Assembly: GCA_040217195.1 (NCBI GenBank) | Contig: JAVJNR010000003.1 | Span: 32,001 to 96,000 of the forward strand | Reading direction: 5' to 3' | From: Leptospiraceae bacterium | GTDB taxonomy: Bacteria > Spirochaetota > Leptospiria > Leptospirales > Leptonemataceae | Length of the DNA: 64,000 nt | Shown: piece by piece, positions 11,177 to 20,940 of the stretch | Layout of the letters: each line of letters begins with the position of its first letter | Numbering within the stretch: position 1 is the first letter of the stretch | The notes under the pieces: generated by a model | What the model saw: only the letters and a program-made list of their open reading frames with translations | The model's database searches: none | What the model was told of the DNA's origin: nothing | Program-made: the position numbers and the translations under genes

Positions 11177-11728
11177 ATGCGAATTCTAAGCATCTGTTCG
11201 TTGATTCCTTTAGTTTTGATTCTTCAGTGCCAGGGCCCGGAGATCCAAAAGAAAAGGGTTTCTGTGGATCCGGAAACAGGCGAAACCCATCATTCCGAAA
11301 TTGAAATAGACAATAATTCAGATTCCCAGGAAAATAATCAGCCCACGCTAACCAGCCAGGAGAAGGAATTCGTACGACTGGTAAACGAGCACAGAAAAAA
11401 GGTGGGATGCCAGGCGTTAATACTCAATCCGGTACTACAACGCATAGCAGTCGAACACTCCAGGGATATGGCTGCCCGAGATTTCTTTTCCCATACCAAC
11501 CCGGATGGCGAATCTCCCTTTGATCGTATGAAGGCCGCCGGGTTGCGCTACTCCTGGGCTGCAGAAAACATTGCATTCGGTCAGAGATCCGCCTCTGAAG
11601 TATTCAAGAGCTGGTTGGATAGCAGCGGCCATAGAAAGAATATCGAAAACTGTAGACTAAGTGAACATGGCATTGGCCATTACTCGGTGACCAATCACTG
11701 GACCCATGTTTTCGCAACTTTCCGATAA
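11177..11728 (+). CDS. CAP (SCP) domain lipoprotein
   Basis: Lipobox-like ILQC. Motifs LVNEHR, HSRDMA..FFSH, AENIA and WLDSSGHRKNI. Confidence 0.9.
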   Translation: MRILSICSLIPLVLILQCQGPEIQKKRVSVDPETGETHHSEIEIDNNSDSQENNQPTLTSQEKEFVRLVNEHRKKVGCQALILNPVLQRIAVEHSRDMAARDFFSHTNPDGESPFDRMKAAGLRYSWAAENIAFGQRSASEVFKSWLDSSGHRKNIENCRLSEHGIGHYSVTNHWTHVFATFR

Positions 11729-11825
11729 CAATTTCCTGAACCAGAATACACCAACCGTCTCTTACCGGGGATCTTAGCCATTGCTTTTCACTTGAGTGAG
11801 AGCCCCCCTGCCCATATCTGAGGCC

Positions 11826-12875
11826 ATGGAAAAGAGAAAGCTGGGAAATACCGACCTGGAAGTAAGCATTGCTTGCCTGGGAACCATGACCTTTGGCAAA
11901 CAGAATTCGGAGCCGGAAGCCCATGAACAGTTGGACCGAGCTTTGGATGCTGGAATAAACTTCATAGACACGGCTGAGATGTACGCGGTGCCTCCATCCC
12001 CGGAGACGTATGGCAAAACAGAAACTATGATCGGGAACTGGCTGGCTGCACGCCCCGGTACTCGCGAAAAGATAGTGCTGGCGAGCAAGGTAGCCGGTAG
12101 AGGACTACGATGGGTACGCGATGGAAATGCAATTATAGATAGAAAGAACATTCAGTTAGCCATCGATGATTCCTTAAAAAGACTACAGACAGATTACCTG
12201 GATTTATACCAGCTGCATTGGCCCAATCGGCCCTTCTATCATTTTGGACAGTTCTGGAGATTCGCGCCCAGGGGAAAAGATACAGAACAAATTACAGAAA
12301 ATCTGCATGAGGTGCTGGAAACCCTGGGAGAATTAATCAAAGCCGGAAAAATACGACATGCCGGTATTTCCAATGAAAGCGCCTGGGGTACAATGAAGTA
12401 TCTGGAACTGGCCAAACGATTCGAACTACCGGCAATGGTAAGCATTCAAAACGAGTACAGCCTGCTCTATCGTTTATTCGAACCGGACCTGGCCGAGGTT
12501 GCCAGGTATGAAAACATTTCCCTGCTGGCCTATTCTCCGCTGGCCACCGGCCTGCTTACCGGTAAATACCGAAAGGGAAAAATTCCAGAGGGAAGCCGAT
12601 GGAAGATTCAATCCAGTCGCCATAATCAAAGGGATACACCCCAGGCCCATGCAGCGGTGGAAGCTTACACCGAACTGGCCAAAAAACATGGAATAGCATT
12701 GAATCATATGGCTCTGGCGTTTTGCCATCAACAGAGTTTCATGACTTCTGTAATCATTGGTGCAACTACTATGGAACAATTGAATTCCAACCTGGAGGCT
12801 TTCCAGATGGAGCTTTCCACTGAACTGCGAAAGGAAATTGAACAGATCCGTCGAGATTTTCCCATACCCTATTAG
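11826..12875 (+). CDS. NADP-dependent aldo/keto reductase (Tas-like)
   Basis: Motifs LGTMTFG, FIDTAEMY, LQTDYLDLYQLHWP, SIQNEYSLL and AYSPLA. ATG at 11826 is preferred as the start. Confidence 0.93.
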   Translation: MEKRKLGNTDLEVSIACLGTMTFGKQNSEPEAHEQLDRALDAGINFIDTAEMYAVPPSPETYGKTETMIGNWLAARPGTREKIVLASKVAGRGLRWVRDGNAIIDRKNIQLAIDDSLKRLQTDYLDLYQLHWPNRPFYHFGQFWRFAPRGKDTEQITENLHEVLETLGELIKAGKIRHAGISNESAWGTMKYLELAKRFELPAMVSIQNEYSLLYRLFEPDLAEVARYENISLLAYSPLATGLLTGKYRKGKIPEGSRWKIQSSRHNQRDTPQAHAAVEAYTELAKKHGIALNHMALAFCHQQSFMTSVIIGATTMEQLNSNLEAFQMELSTELRKEIEQIRRDFPIPY

Positions 12876-12900
12876 GAGTGATTCTGTGAGCATTCGCAAC

Positions 12901-13752
12901 ATGGACAGCAAAGACTTCAATGGACGATTTCGCTATTTTCATCGAGATAACGGCAAGGCAGAAACGATTCTACTACTGAGCGGTTTTCAGGATACAGGCA
13001 GGGGATTTTATTTCATTGAGGAATACCTTTCCCGATACTTCAATTTAATTGCTCCGGACTGGAGAGGACATGGGGACTCGCCGAATCTTCCCCCGGGTTG
13101 GTTCTACTCTTCAGGAATGCTTCTGGCTGACTTCATTCAGTTTACCGGCTCGGTAGCTCCCCAGGGATATCATATCCTGGCACACAGTATGGGTGCAGCT
13201 CTGGGGGCTCGTCATGCGGGTCTGGTGCCATCCGAGGTTCGGTCCCTGGTATTGCTGGAAGGATTTTCCGGCAGATGGCCGGTAGAAAAAGAAGCGGATC
13301 GGATGAGCGAATGGGTTGCTAAACTGCGAAAGGAAAGACCAGCTAAAGACAACCCGATGTCATCTTTGAAGGCTGCGGAGGAATTGCTTGCCAGGGCTCA
13401 TCCTCGCACCCCGGAAGAAAATCGAAAGATCCTGGCCCGGCTCTGGACTTCCCAGGACGGAACTAAATACCGATGGAAGCATGATCCAGCGTTGCGAAAT
13501 CGCATGCTTCCCATCCCATTCCCTCCTGATTTGAGCCGAGAGCTATGGCATAGAGTTCAATGCCCTACACTGTTTGTGTACGGAAAGCATAGTCCCCTGA
13601 AACCTCCAGAGGATCAGATCGATGAAATACTTTCTCATTTTTCGAATCTTACCAGGGTAGAACTGGATAGCGGACACAATCCTCATCAAGAAATGCCAGA
13701 TACTCTACAGGATGTACTGGAAGACTTTTATAAGGATGAAGTACTACCGTAG
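12901..13752 (+). CDS. Alpha/beta fold hydrolase
   Basis: APDWRGHGDS, nucleophile AHSMG and His motif SGHNPH. ATG at 12901. Confidence 0.88.
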   Translation: MDSKDFNGRFRYFHRDNGKAETILLLSGFQDTGRGFYFIEEYLSRYFNLIAPDWRGHGDSPNLPPGWFYSSGMLLADFIQFTGSVAPQGYHILAHSMGAALGARHAGLVPSEVRSLVLLEGFSGRWPVEKEADRMSEWVAKLRKERPAKDNPMSSLKAAEELLARAHPRTPEENRKILARLWTSQDGTKYRWKHDPALRNRMLPIPFPPDLSRELWHRVQCPTLFVYGKHSPLKPPEDQIDEILSHFSNLTRVELDSGHNPHQEMPDTLQDVLEDFYKDEVLP

Positions 13753-13883
13753 AGAGATTACACCGAACCTGCTTGCGGATCGGGTTCATTTTTTATCAAG
13801 TATCTGCCAGGATAAAAGCTCCAAACCAGACGAATTTTGCATTATCCAAATCGAACGCTGGCGTCTAATTTTTATATACGGCT

Positions 13884-14939
13884 ATGAAGGTTATAACGAT
13901 TCCCGATGCAGGTTCTGAAATGATAGTGCGGAAGCATTCAATTTACGAATACTCAGGCAGTGGCCTCAAATGCAGTGCCCCGAGCAAAGACCATCGGTCC
14001 GGAAGGGGAGTACTTCGCCGAAGTGCCGGTCTTGCTATTCAGATCTTATTTCTGGTTTTGTTTCTATCTGCCTGTAAAGGAGCTCCATCTGTGCAATCCG
14101 GACTGCCTGGAGAAATTCAGGAATTCTCGATTAAGATAGATGGTGTCAAAAGAACGGCCAGAATCTATGTTCCGGCTGGATTTCAGAATCGCAAGCTACC
14201 GGTTGTATTTGTTCTTCATGGTTCAGGTAGCGACGGACAGTCGGTTGCCATCCAGTCAGGGATGTCTGAAGCAGCGCAGCAACGGGGATTTGTGGCTGTG
14301 TATCCAGATGCTTTACCACTGGATTTAGAGCTAAAGGTCAGTACAGAAAATCCAAGAGTCTGGGCCGATGGCTCCGGTCGCGGCTACGCAGGAATGCATC
14401 CGCAGAACGATCTGGAATTCATTCGGGCATTGCTGTCCTATATTCAACGAAAGCTTCCAGTAGACTCAAAGGAGAATCATATAGTCGGATTTTCCAACGG
14501 TGGTTCCATGACATTCAGACTGGCCCGGGAAATGCCCGAACTATTCAATCGAGTGGCTGTGGTCGCTGGTGTATCCTGGATTCAACCCTCGGATTGGAAA
14601 CGACAAGACCTCCTCTATATTACTGGAAGGCAGGACCCGGTTATTCCGCCGAATCGCACTATCGAAAGATTACCTCATTCCACTATCGAAAGAAGTACAT
14701 CGGTTAGTCTAACATTGCTTCAATGGATTGAACAATGCGATTCAGGAAAACAGACGATGCGCAATCTGCCCCGGGAACTGCAAAATAAATCCCAGGTGTT
14801 TCGCTGCAGTAATCACTCCGTGCAGTATCTGGAATTACCACGAACCGGCCATGTATGGCCCGGCGGATCCGATGACCCGGTTTCTGAGCTAAATGCCACC
14901 AACTACATAGTTCGATTTCTGCTGGATCGTAGAGGCTGA
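13884..14939 (+). CDS. PHB depolymerase / LpqC-like esterase, probable lipoprotein
   Basis: Motifs VLHGSG, GFVAVYP, GFSNGG, DPVIP and GHVWPG. Lipobox LSAC suggests a later true start. Confidence 0.8.
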   Translation: MKVITIPDAGSEMIVRKHSIYEYSGSGLKCSAPSKDHRSGRGVLRRSAGLAIQILFLVLFLSACKGAPSVQSGLPGEIQEFSIKIDGVKRTARIYVPAGFQNRKLPVVFVLHGSGSDGQSVAIQSGMSEAAQQRGFVAVYPDALPLDLELKVSTENPRVWADGSGRGYAGMHPQNDLEFIRALLSYIQRKLPVDSKENHIVGFSNGGSMTFRLAREMPELFNRVAVVAGVSWIQPSDWKRQDLLYITGRQDPVIPPNRTIERLPHSTIERSTSVSLTLLQWIEQCDSGKQTMRNLPRELQNKSQVFRCSNHSVQYLELPRTGHVWPGGSDDPVSELNATNYIVRFLLDRRG

Positions 14940-14956
14940 AGCCATGACCTGGGACC

Positions 14957-15799
14957 ATGAAGTCTATTCTTGGTCCTGGCGCCCTTTTTCTGATCGTTCT
15001 GGCTGGCGGTCTATTCTATCACTTCCATTCTCTAAATAAACAGCAAGAGGACCTGAGTCTGCGTCTGGAAGAGTTCAAAGAAGAGCTCTATAATACTGAA
15101 CGATTCTATATTGAGAATCTACCCATTTACGAAGACTGGAGTGATACACAAAAAGAGTCCAATCTCCGGCGCTTTCTGCTGAAAGACCATTTAAGAGTTG
15201 TGGAAGAAGCGGGGCTTCAGCCTGTAAGTAGTGCTGAGATGATTCAATCTATGGATCAAAATGGCCAGCTAGTATCTCTGGAGCAGGACCAGTCCACACC
15301 CTACTATTTTTACAATGTTAAGAAGGAACATCGATACCTGCATCCGGATGCGCAGAAGGGTCTATTACTCCTGGCTGAGAGATTCCAGAAGGTACTACAC
15401 CGAAACCTGGATGGAAAAGATCAGTTCAAGCCACTGGTAGTTAAGTTTGCCATTTCCTCGGCTCTTCGCCCGGTAGCCTATCAAAGGGATCTAAGAAAGA
15501 GCAATGCCAATGCCTCCTTCGTATCTTCGCATAGCTATGGTCTTAGCTTTGATCTGTTCTATGACAGTTTCTATGTGAATTTAAGGGAGCCTGAGACCGT
15601 GGAAGGATCTATACCGGCCGCGCTGGACAACCTGCGACTTAGATCTGGATTCCTGCTGGGGGCTTCCCTGCGAAGACAATTCCGGGCCGCCCTGGCCGAA
15701 ACTCTATTACAGCTTCAGGAGGAAGGATTGTTATATGCGATATATGAAAGAAATCAAAGATGCTATCATGTAACGATTCGACCGGACGCCATAAAGTAG
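14957..15799 (+). CDS. DUF5715-like protein (peptidase M15-like fold), membrane-anchored
   Basis: N-terminal TM helix. Motifs SALR..YQ..L...NANA, SSHSYG.SFDL and YERNQRCYHVT. Confidence 0.7.
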   Translation: MKSILGPGALFLIVLAGGLFYHFHSLNKQQEDLSLRLEEFKEELYNTERFYIENLPIYEDWSDTQKESNLRRFLLKDHLRVVEEAGLQPVSSAEMIQSMDQNGQLVSLEQDQSTPYYFYNVKKEHRYLHPDAQKGLLLLAERFQKVLHRNLDGKDQFKPLVVKFAISSALRPVAYQRDLRKSNANASFVSSHSYGLSFDLFYDSFYVNLREPETVEGSIPAALDNLRLRSGFLLGASLRRQFRAALAETLLQLQEEGLLYAIYERNQRCYHVTIRPDAIK

Positions 15800-15853
15800 A
15801 CGATCCGAGACATTGAGAGGCTGCCTGTTTCCTTTCCCACTTGATGCATCTGA

Positions 15854-16780
15854 CTAAGATTCCGAATCTGAATTTTTGGCCGAGCGATCCTTGAGTTTCT
15901 TTGCCTGGACCAGAAACTGCATGGCTTTTTCCGATTCTCCAGAGAAAAGATACATCAAACTTAAATCCATCATATCCCGGGCATCGTCTTTTAACTCTGT
16001 TGTATCCGGTTCTTTGCCGGCCTGCCGGGCCCGTTTTCTTTCTTCAATTCTGGAACGCAAACTTCGGGACCTGTCCTGAATTCTCTCCCTGACTCCGTCA
16101 AAGAATACCCTGGACTCTTCTTCGCTGGACTGCCGGGCTTTCTGTATATGATCGCCAAAGCTTCTATAACCGCTGGATTCCTTGCTCAACCGCTGTAGTT
16201 CTTCTGTAGAAGCCTGGTAATCGCCTACCTCCATCAAGAGGCCTGCACGCAGGCCCAGTACGGTTTCATCCCCTGGATTGGTTTGCAGGTAGGCTTCGCA
16301 AACCTTCAGTCCATCCCTGTACATCTGCCTCTGGGACAAATTCAAGAGCAGCCCCAAAACTGCAATTCTACTGCCTGGCTGGATTTTTAATGCATTGCGA
16401 AAATAAATCTCTGCTTTATCAGGTAAATCACGAGCCTCATATACATAAGCAAGTAGAACATGCGCTCGCAGGAATCTAGCATTGATCTTAAGACAGGCGA
16501 TTAGATGGGCCGCCGCAACATCGTATTTCTTGCTCTGATAGTATTCGCTACCCAGGTTGAAGTGCACGGCTTCATCCGCCTGAATCTTCAACGCAGCTTC
16601 GTAATACTGTATGGACTGTGCAGGCCTTCGAAGTTTTCCATGAATGGCACCTAGATTCATGAGCGCCGGACGAAAGGCAGGATTTTGCTGAATTGATTTA
16701 AGATATAGCTTAACCGCTGCATCCAATTTTCCAGCCTTCTCTTGCTTTAAAGCCTCATTGTAGAGCTGTTTTTCATTCAT
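15854..16780 (-). CDS. Tetratricopeptide repeat protein
   Basis: Repeated TPR patterns (ALMNLG, VHFNLG, AHVLLA..Y). Confidence 0.85.
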   Translation of the reverse strand: MNEKQLYNEALKQEKAGKLDAAVKLYLKSIQQNPAFRPALMNLGAIHGKLRRPAQSIQYYEAALKIQADEAVHFNLGSEYYQSKKYDVAAAHLIACLKINARFLRAHVLLAYVYEARDLPDKAEIYFRNALKIQPGSRIAVLGLLLNLSQRQMYRDGLKVCEAYLQTNPGDETVLGLRAGLLMEVGDYQASTEELQRLSKESSGYRSFGDHIQKARQSSEEESRVFFDGVRERIQDRSRSLRSRIEERKRARQAGKEPDTTELKDDARDMMDLSLMYLFSGESEKAMQFLVQAKKLKDRSAKNSDSES

Positions 16781-16806
16781 GGCCTTCCTCTATGGCAGCT
16801 GTCTGT

Positions 16807-17685
16807 TTATTGCATTTCCAGACTAAGATCCAGGAATCGAGTTGTATGTGTAATATATCCCATACTTACGCCCAGAGGGCCGGCATCGCCGATCTCCTGA
16901 AGCATTTCGGGCGTCCAGCCACCGGAAACCTCTATACGAATAGCACTGGAATGGCTTCGTATTCGCCTGGTAGCCTCGCGAATCTGTTTCCCATCCATAT
17001 TATCCAGTAGTATCACATCCGGTGATTGTTCCAGAGCTTCATCCAGCTGAGCGAGCTCATCTATCTCGAGATCTACGGGAAGATCAGGAAACTCTTCCCT
17101 GATACGGCTGATCGCAGAAGAAATGGAACCGGCGGCCAGGATATGATTGTCTTTGATCATTGCCATATCCGAAAGATTAATTCTATGGTTGGTTCCCCCG
17201 CCACAGTACACTGCATACTTGGCCAACCTACGATAACCCGGCAATGTCTTACGGGTATCCAGAATTTCGATACCGGTGCCTGCTTTTTGAACCGCAGCCT
17301 GCACGGTTGTTGCTATGCCCGAAAGATACTGTATAAAGTTAAGAAAAGGTCTTTCCAGGCGAAGAATGCCTCGAAGAGAGCCAGAAAGCCGCATGAGCTC
17401 CTGCCCCTTTTCGAATGAATGGCCATCTTCAATGTCACTGTGTATCGCAATTGAGTACCCGGTCAGTGCTTCGTATCGAAGGCATAGATGCTCTGCCAGA
17501 GATTTACCGCAGAATATTCCGGGCTCTCGCGGCACAAGCAGGGCCACAGCGTCCCGATTCTTCTCAAAGATGGCTTCACTTGTAGGATCGCCACCGGGTG
17601 CATCTTCCTGGATAGCAAGATCTATGATAGTCTGACAATCGGCCAGCTCCAGAGTATCTACCGGCTTAGTATAATGATTTCTCAA
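16807..17685 (-). CDS. nadC: Nicotinate-nucleotide diphosphorylase (carboxylating)
   Basis: Motifs ERPFLN, SGIAT, DTRKTLPG, NHR.NLSD, IKDNH, LLDNM and EVSGG. Confidence 0.96.
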   Translation of the reverse strand: MRNHYTKPVDTLELADCQTIIDLAIQEDAPGGDPTSEAIFEKNRDAVALLVPREPGIFCGKSLAEHLCLRYEALTGYSIAIHSDIEDGHSFEKGQELMRLSGSLRGILRLERPFLNFIQYLSGIATTVQAAVQKAGTGIEILDTRKTLPGYRRLAKYAVYCGGGTNHRINLSDMAMIKDNHILAAGSISSAISRIREEFPDLPVDLEIDELAQLDEALEQSPDVILLDNMDGKQIREATRRIRSHSSAIRIEVSGGWTPEMLQEIGDAGPLGVSMGYITHTTRFLDLSLEMQ

Positions 17686-18101
17686 TGGGGATATCCCGCA
17701 GGATTGTTGTATTGTTCTTTGTAGCGATCCGGCAAAGGGGCCAGTATAGCTTTTTTCAGCTCTCTGTTTCCGTTACGTTTCATTACCTCTACGCTCACTT
17801 CATCCCCCGGGTCCAGAGAGAGAATTCTCTTATTCAGGGTATAGGTGCCCAGAACGGGATAACCATTGGCAGTGACAATTAGATCGCCTATCTCCAGACC
17901 AGCTTCTTCAGCAGGACTGCCGGGAAATACCTGCACAATCCGTACACCCATAGCATCTTCCTGATACATGATGCCCAGGTAGGCTCTACCGGTCTGCACG
18001 GGCTGTTCTTGAGTGGTTTCTGCGTTCTGGGTTTCAGGAGTTTGACAGGCTGCTGCCAGCAGTAGAATTACTGCCAGAACCAGTATTGGATTGCGGATCA
18101 T
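17682..18101 (-). CDS. PDZ domain lipoprotein
   Basis: Lipobox LAAAC. PDZ pattern YLGI...VFPGSPAEEAGLEIGDLI. 4-bp overlap with nadC. Confidence 0.87.
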   Translation of the reverse strand: MIRNPILVLAVILLLAAACQTPETQNAETTQEQPVQTGRAYLGIMYQEDAMGVRIVQVFPGSPAEEAGLEIGDLIVTANGYPVLGTYTLNKRILSLDPGDEVSVEVMKRNGNRELKKAILAPLPDRYKEQYNNPAGYPH

Positions 18102-18184
18102 AGTATAGTAAGAATCGACCTTTTCAGGCCCTTCCTTTACGATTGTCCCGGGCCAGGCAGCAAGGGAATGGATCTAAAACGAGA

Positions 18185-18217
18185 ATAAAAGAAGGGGGAA
18201 CCTCAGGTCCCCCCTTT
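18185..18217 (-). terminator. Intrinsic terminator of the Lys-rich protein gene
   Basis: GC-rich stem AAGGGGG-a-ACC-tca-GGT-c-CCCCCTT, followed on the minus strand by CTTTTAT. Confidence 0.75.
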
Positions 18218-18228
18218 CTATTGAAGAC

Positions 18229-18552
18229 TTAACGGCGCTTTTTAGTGGCCTTTTTCTTAGAAGTCTTCTTCTTCGCTGCCTTTTTCTTAGAAGTTTTCTT
18301 CTTTTTGGCTGCCTTCTTTTTTCCAGCTTTCTTCTTGGAAGCGGCTTTCTTTTTCTTTTTTACCGCGTTCTTAACAGTGGCTTTCTTACGAGCCATGCCA
18401 GGACGGGTCCACTTCTTTCGATAAGCCTGGTCAGAAATCTGCTTTGGCTTTAAGCCGTAAGCGGGAGCAATATCGCCTGGCTCTTTGCCTTGCGCGTACT
18501 GCTTCTCGATTTCTCTTTGTTCTTTTTCGCTCAGGTCTGACCAATGTCTCAT
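18229..18552 (-). CDS. Small basic protein: HTH-like N-terminal domain + histone H1-like Lys/Ala-rich tail
   Basis: 107-aa ORF with RBS GAGAGG, its own promoter and a terminator. The tail consists of KKKAA/KKKTS repeats. Confidence 0.82.
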   Translation of the reverse strand: MRHWSDLSEKEQREIEKQYAQGKEPGDIAPAYGLKPKQISDQAYRKKWTRPGMARKKATVKNAVKKKKKAASKKKAGKKKAAKKKKTSKKKAAKKKTSKKKATKKRR

Positions 18553-18583
18553 ATCGGGCTAACCTCTCTTTTAATTTTCTCGA

Positions 18584-18613
18584 AACATAGACGTTAAAAC
18601 CAGGCGAAGTCAA
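18584..18613 (-). promoter_or_regulatory. Sigma70-type promoter of the Lys-rich protein gene
   Basis: Minus strand TTGACT-N18-TATGTT, with the -10 box about 30 bp upstream of the ATG. Confidence 0.55.
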
Positions 18614-19044
18614 TCAAATTTGCAATTCATCGCCTTTCATTGGAAAAAAAATTGCAAAAACACCCCTTTTTGCACCTGCGAAGGCGATATCGCATGCGAA
18701 ATTCGCCTTCGCGCGCTTGAATCAGCCTTAAAAACGTTAAAAACGGTACATCATGGATGTTTTTAAGTGATAAAGGCTACCATATCCCTCAAACGTTGCT
18801 TAAACTTCGACGTTTGATGCTAATCATCTCGACCATCGGTTAAACAATGCCAGTGTAACGAATAATCGAGTATGAACCCGGATTGAACCTTCAATGCCAT
18901 TACCTTCGCCAACAGAAGAGCAAAGCTACTGTGGCAAAGAAGACACAGTCATACAATGCCTCAATGAATGAATTTGTTGCTCTGGAAGCTGATAAATGCA
19001 AAGAAAAGCTGGATTTTACAGGCAATTTTGTCCATCTGGGACCA

Positions 19045-20556
19045 ATGAAAGCCATTCGACGCATTCTTATAGCTAATCGAGGGGAAATTGCGGTTAGAAT
19101 CATACAAACTATCCAGAAAATGGGTCTTACATCTATCATAGTCTATTCGGATGCAGACCGTAATAGTCCTGCCGTAAAAATGGCCGATGAATCAATTTAT
19201 CTGGGGGCATCCGAGCCTTCGCAATCCTATCTGAATATTCCGGCACTGATTGAGGCGTGTAAACGTACCGGTGCAGATGCAGTTCATCCTGGTTATGGAT
19301 TCCTTTCGGAAAATGAATCCTTTGCCCGAGCACTCGAAGACAATGGGATCGCATTTATTGGACCTTCGCCAGAAACCATCGCTGCTATGGGCAATAAAGT
19401 GGAAGCGCGAAGGATCATGGAGGCTCACGGTGTTCCTGTAGTGCCCGGAAACGATGATTTGCCGGAGGATGATCAGGCTATTATCGCCATCGCCAATAAT
19501 ATTGGCTATCCGTTGCTGGTAAAAGCTCGCTCCGGCGGTGGAGGCCGGGGTATGCGCCTTATTACATCCGAAAAAGAGCTTCTTGAGGGCATCGATTCGG
19601 CCAAAAGAGAGGCTGCATCGGCTTTTGCAGACGATGGAGTGTTTCTGGAAAAGTTTGTGGAAACCCCCAGGCACATAGAGATTCAGATTTTTGGGGATGG
19701 CCAGGGCAATTGCATCCATTTATTCGAGCGAGAATGCTCTATACAGCGTCGACATCAGAAAATCATCGAAGAAAGCCCATCCCCGGCCCTGACAGAGGCG
19801 GATCGGGCCTCGATTACCGAGGCTGCACTAAAAGCAGCCCGAGCTGTGAACTACAGAGGGGCCGGAACAGTGGAGTTTGTGTACTCCGATACGACCAGAA
19901 GCTTCTATTTTCTGGAAATGAACACCCGATTGCAGGTAGAGCATCCTGTAACGGAAACGGTTACGGGCAGAGACCTGGTTCGAGATCAGATTCTGGTGGC
20001 CATGGACCCGTCTCACCTGCCAGATCAGTCTGAAATCCAGATGAATGGACATGCCATCGAGGTTCGGCTGTATGCAGAGGACCCGTCCGCCGGTTTCATA
20101 CCTTCAGCCGGAAAAGTGCACCGGTTCAGGACTCCATTGGATGTTCGAGTGGATTCTGGCGTGGAATCGGGAAGCACTGTATCGCTTTTCTACGATCCCA
20201 TGATTGCAAAGATCATTGCTCGAGGGGCACGACGGCAGGAGGCAATTGTGAATCTAAGAAATGCCCTGGATGATGTGGTACTCTTTGGGCCTAAAAGCAA
20301 CCTGGAATACCTGAAAGCTATTCTGGATAATCCACAATTCCGAAGCGGCGATTTCTCCACCGCCTTTGTTGAGAAGGAAATGGCAAACTGGATGCCATCA
20401 GTAGATGGGAATACCCTTGACAGGGCCCGGGCAGCACTTGCCGTTCTCTACTACGAAGGTGCCAGCAAAAAAAGTATCTCTACTATAGAAGAAATAGCTT
20501 CCCGGGGAGCCTGGAAAGCAGATGCATTCCAGCTCTGGATGGCCGGCCCAACGTAA
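19045..20556 (+). CDS. Biotin carboxylase subunit (acetyl/propionyl/methylcrotonyl-CoA carboxylase alpha type) without a biotinyl domain
   Basis: Motifs ILIANRGEIA, HPGYGFLSEN, GGGGRGMR, RECSIQRRHQK, EMNTRLQVEHPVTE and YDPMIAK. No AMKM motif. Confidence 0.93.
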   Translation: MKAIRRILIANRGEIAVRIIQTIQKMGLTSIIVYSDADRNSPAVKMADESIYLGASEPSQSYLNIPALIEACKRTGADAVHPGYGFLSENESFARALEDNGIAFIGPSPETIAAMGNKVEARRIMEAHGVPVVPGNDDLPEDDQAIIAIANNIGYPLLVKARSGGGGRGMRLITSEKELLEGIDSAKREAASAFADDGVFLEKFVETPRHIEIQIFGDGQGNCIHLFERECSIQRRHQKIIEESPSPALTEADRASITEAALKAARAVNYRGAGTVEFVYSDTTRSFYFLEMNTRLQVEHPVTETVTGRDLVRDQILVAMDPSHLPDQSEIQMNGHAIEVRLYAEDPSAGFIPSAGKVHRFRTPLDVRVDSGVESGSTVSLFYDPMIAKIIARGARRQEAIVNLRNALDDVVLFGPKSNLEYLKAILDNPQFRSGDFSTAFVEKEMANWMPSVDGNTLDRARAALAVLYYEGASKKSISTIEEIASRGAWKADAFQLWMAGPT

Positions 20557-20574
20557 ATGCAAGGATCCCAGCGT

Positions 20575-20940
20575 ACCGGGGCCTGCTGGACCAGGCAAAA
20601 CTCAAGGAGTTTTGCGCGATCTGGATGATCGCAAGCCACCTGGTGGCGCAACACTGGTTACGCCAGGCGGATTGCAGGAAGCAATGCGCCGAGCGGACCG
20701 GGGCCCGCTGGACCAGGCAAAACTCAAGGGGTTTTGCGCGATCTGGATGATCGCAAGCCACGTAGTGGCGCAACACTGGCGACGCCAGGCGGGTTGCAGG
20801 AAGCAATGCGCCGAGCGGACCGGGGCCTGCTGGACCGGGCAAAACTCAAGGAGTTTTGCGCGATCAGGATGATCGCAAGCCACGTAGTGGCGCAACATTG
20901 ATGACGCCAGGCGGATTACAGGAAGCAATGCGCCGAGCGT
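20575..20940. repeat. Tandem array of three 122-bp multi-hairpin units
   Basis: Units start at 20575, 20697 and 20819. Units 1 and 2 differ at 7 of 122 positions. The period is not a multiple of 3. Each unit contains several perfect inverted repeats. Confidence 0.97.

Noticed and set aside
18229..18552. Prophage remnant, or a true histone-fold protein
   Set aside because: No other phage genes are adjacent. The sequence is HTH-like plus a low-complexity tail, with no recognisable histone-fold pattern.
18883..19044. N-terminal extension of the biotin carboxylase given in the ORF track
   Set aside because: Family similarity begins at MKAIRRILIANRGE (19045). The upstream TTG-started extension looks non-coding.
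20575..20940. CRISPR array interpretation of the 122-bp repeats
   Set aside because: The units are similar along their whole length with no unique spacers, and there are no cas genes in the window.
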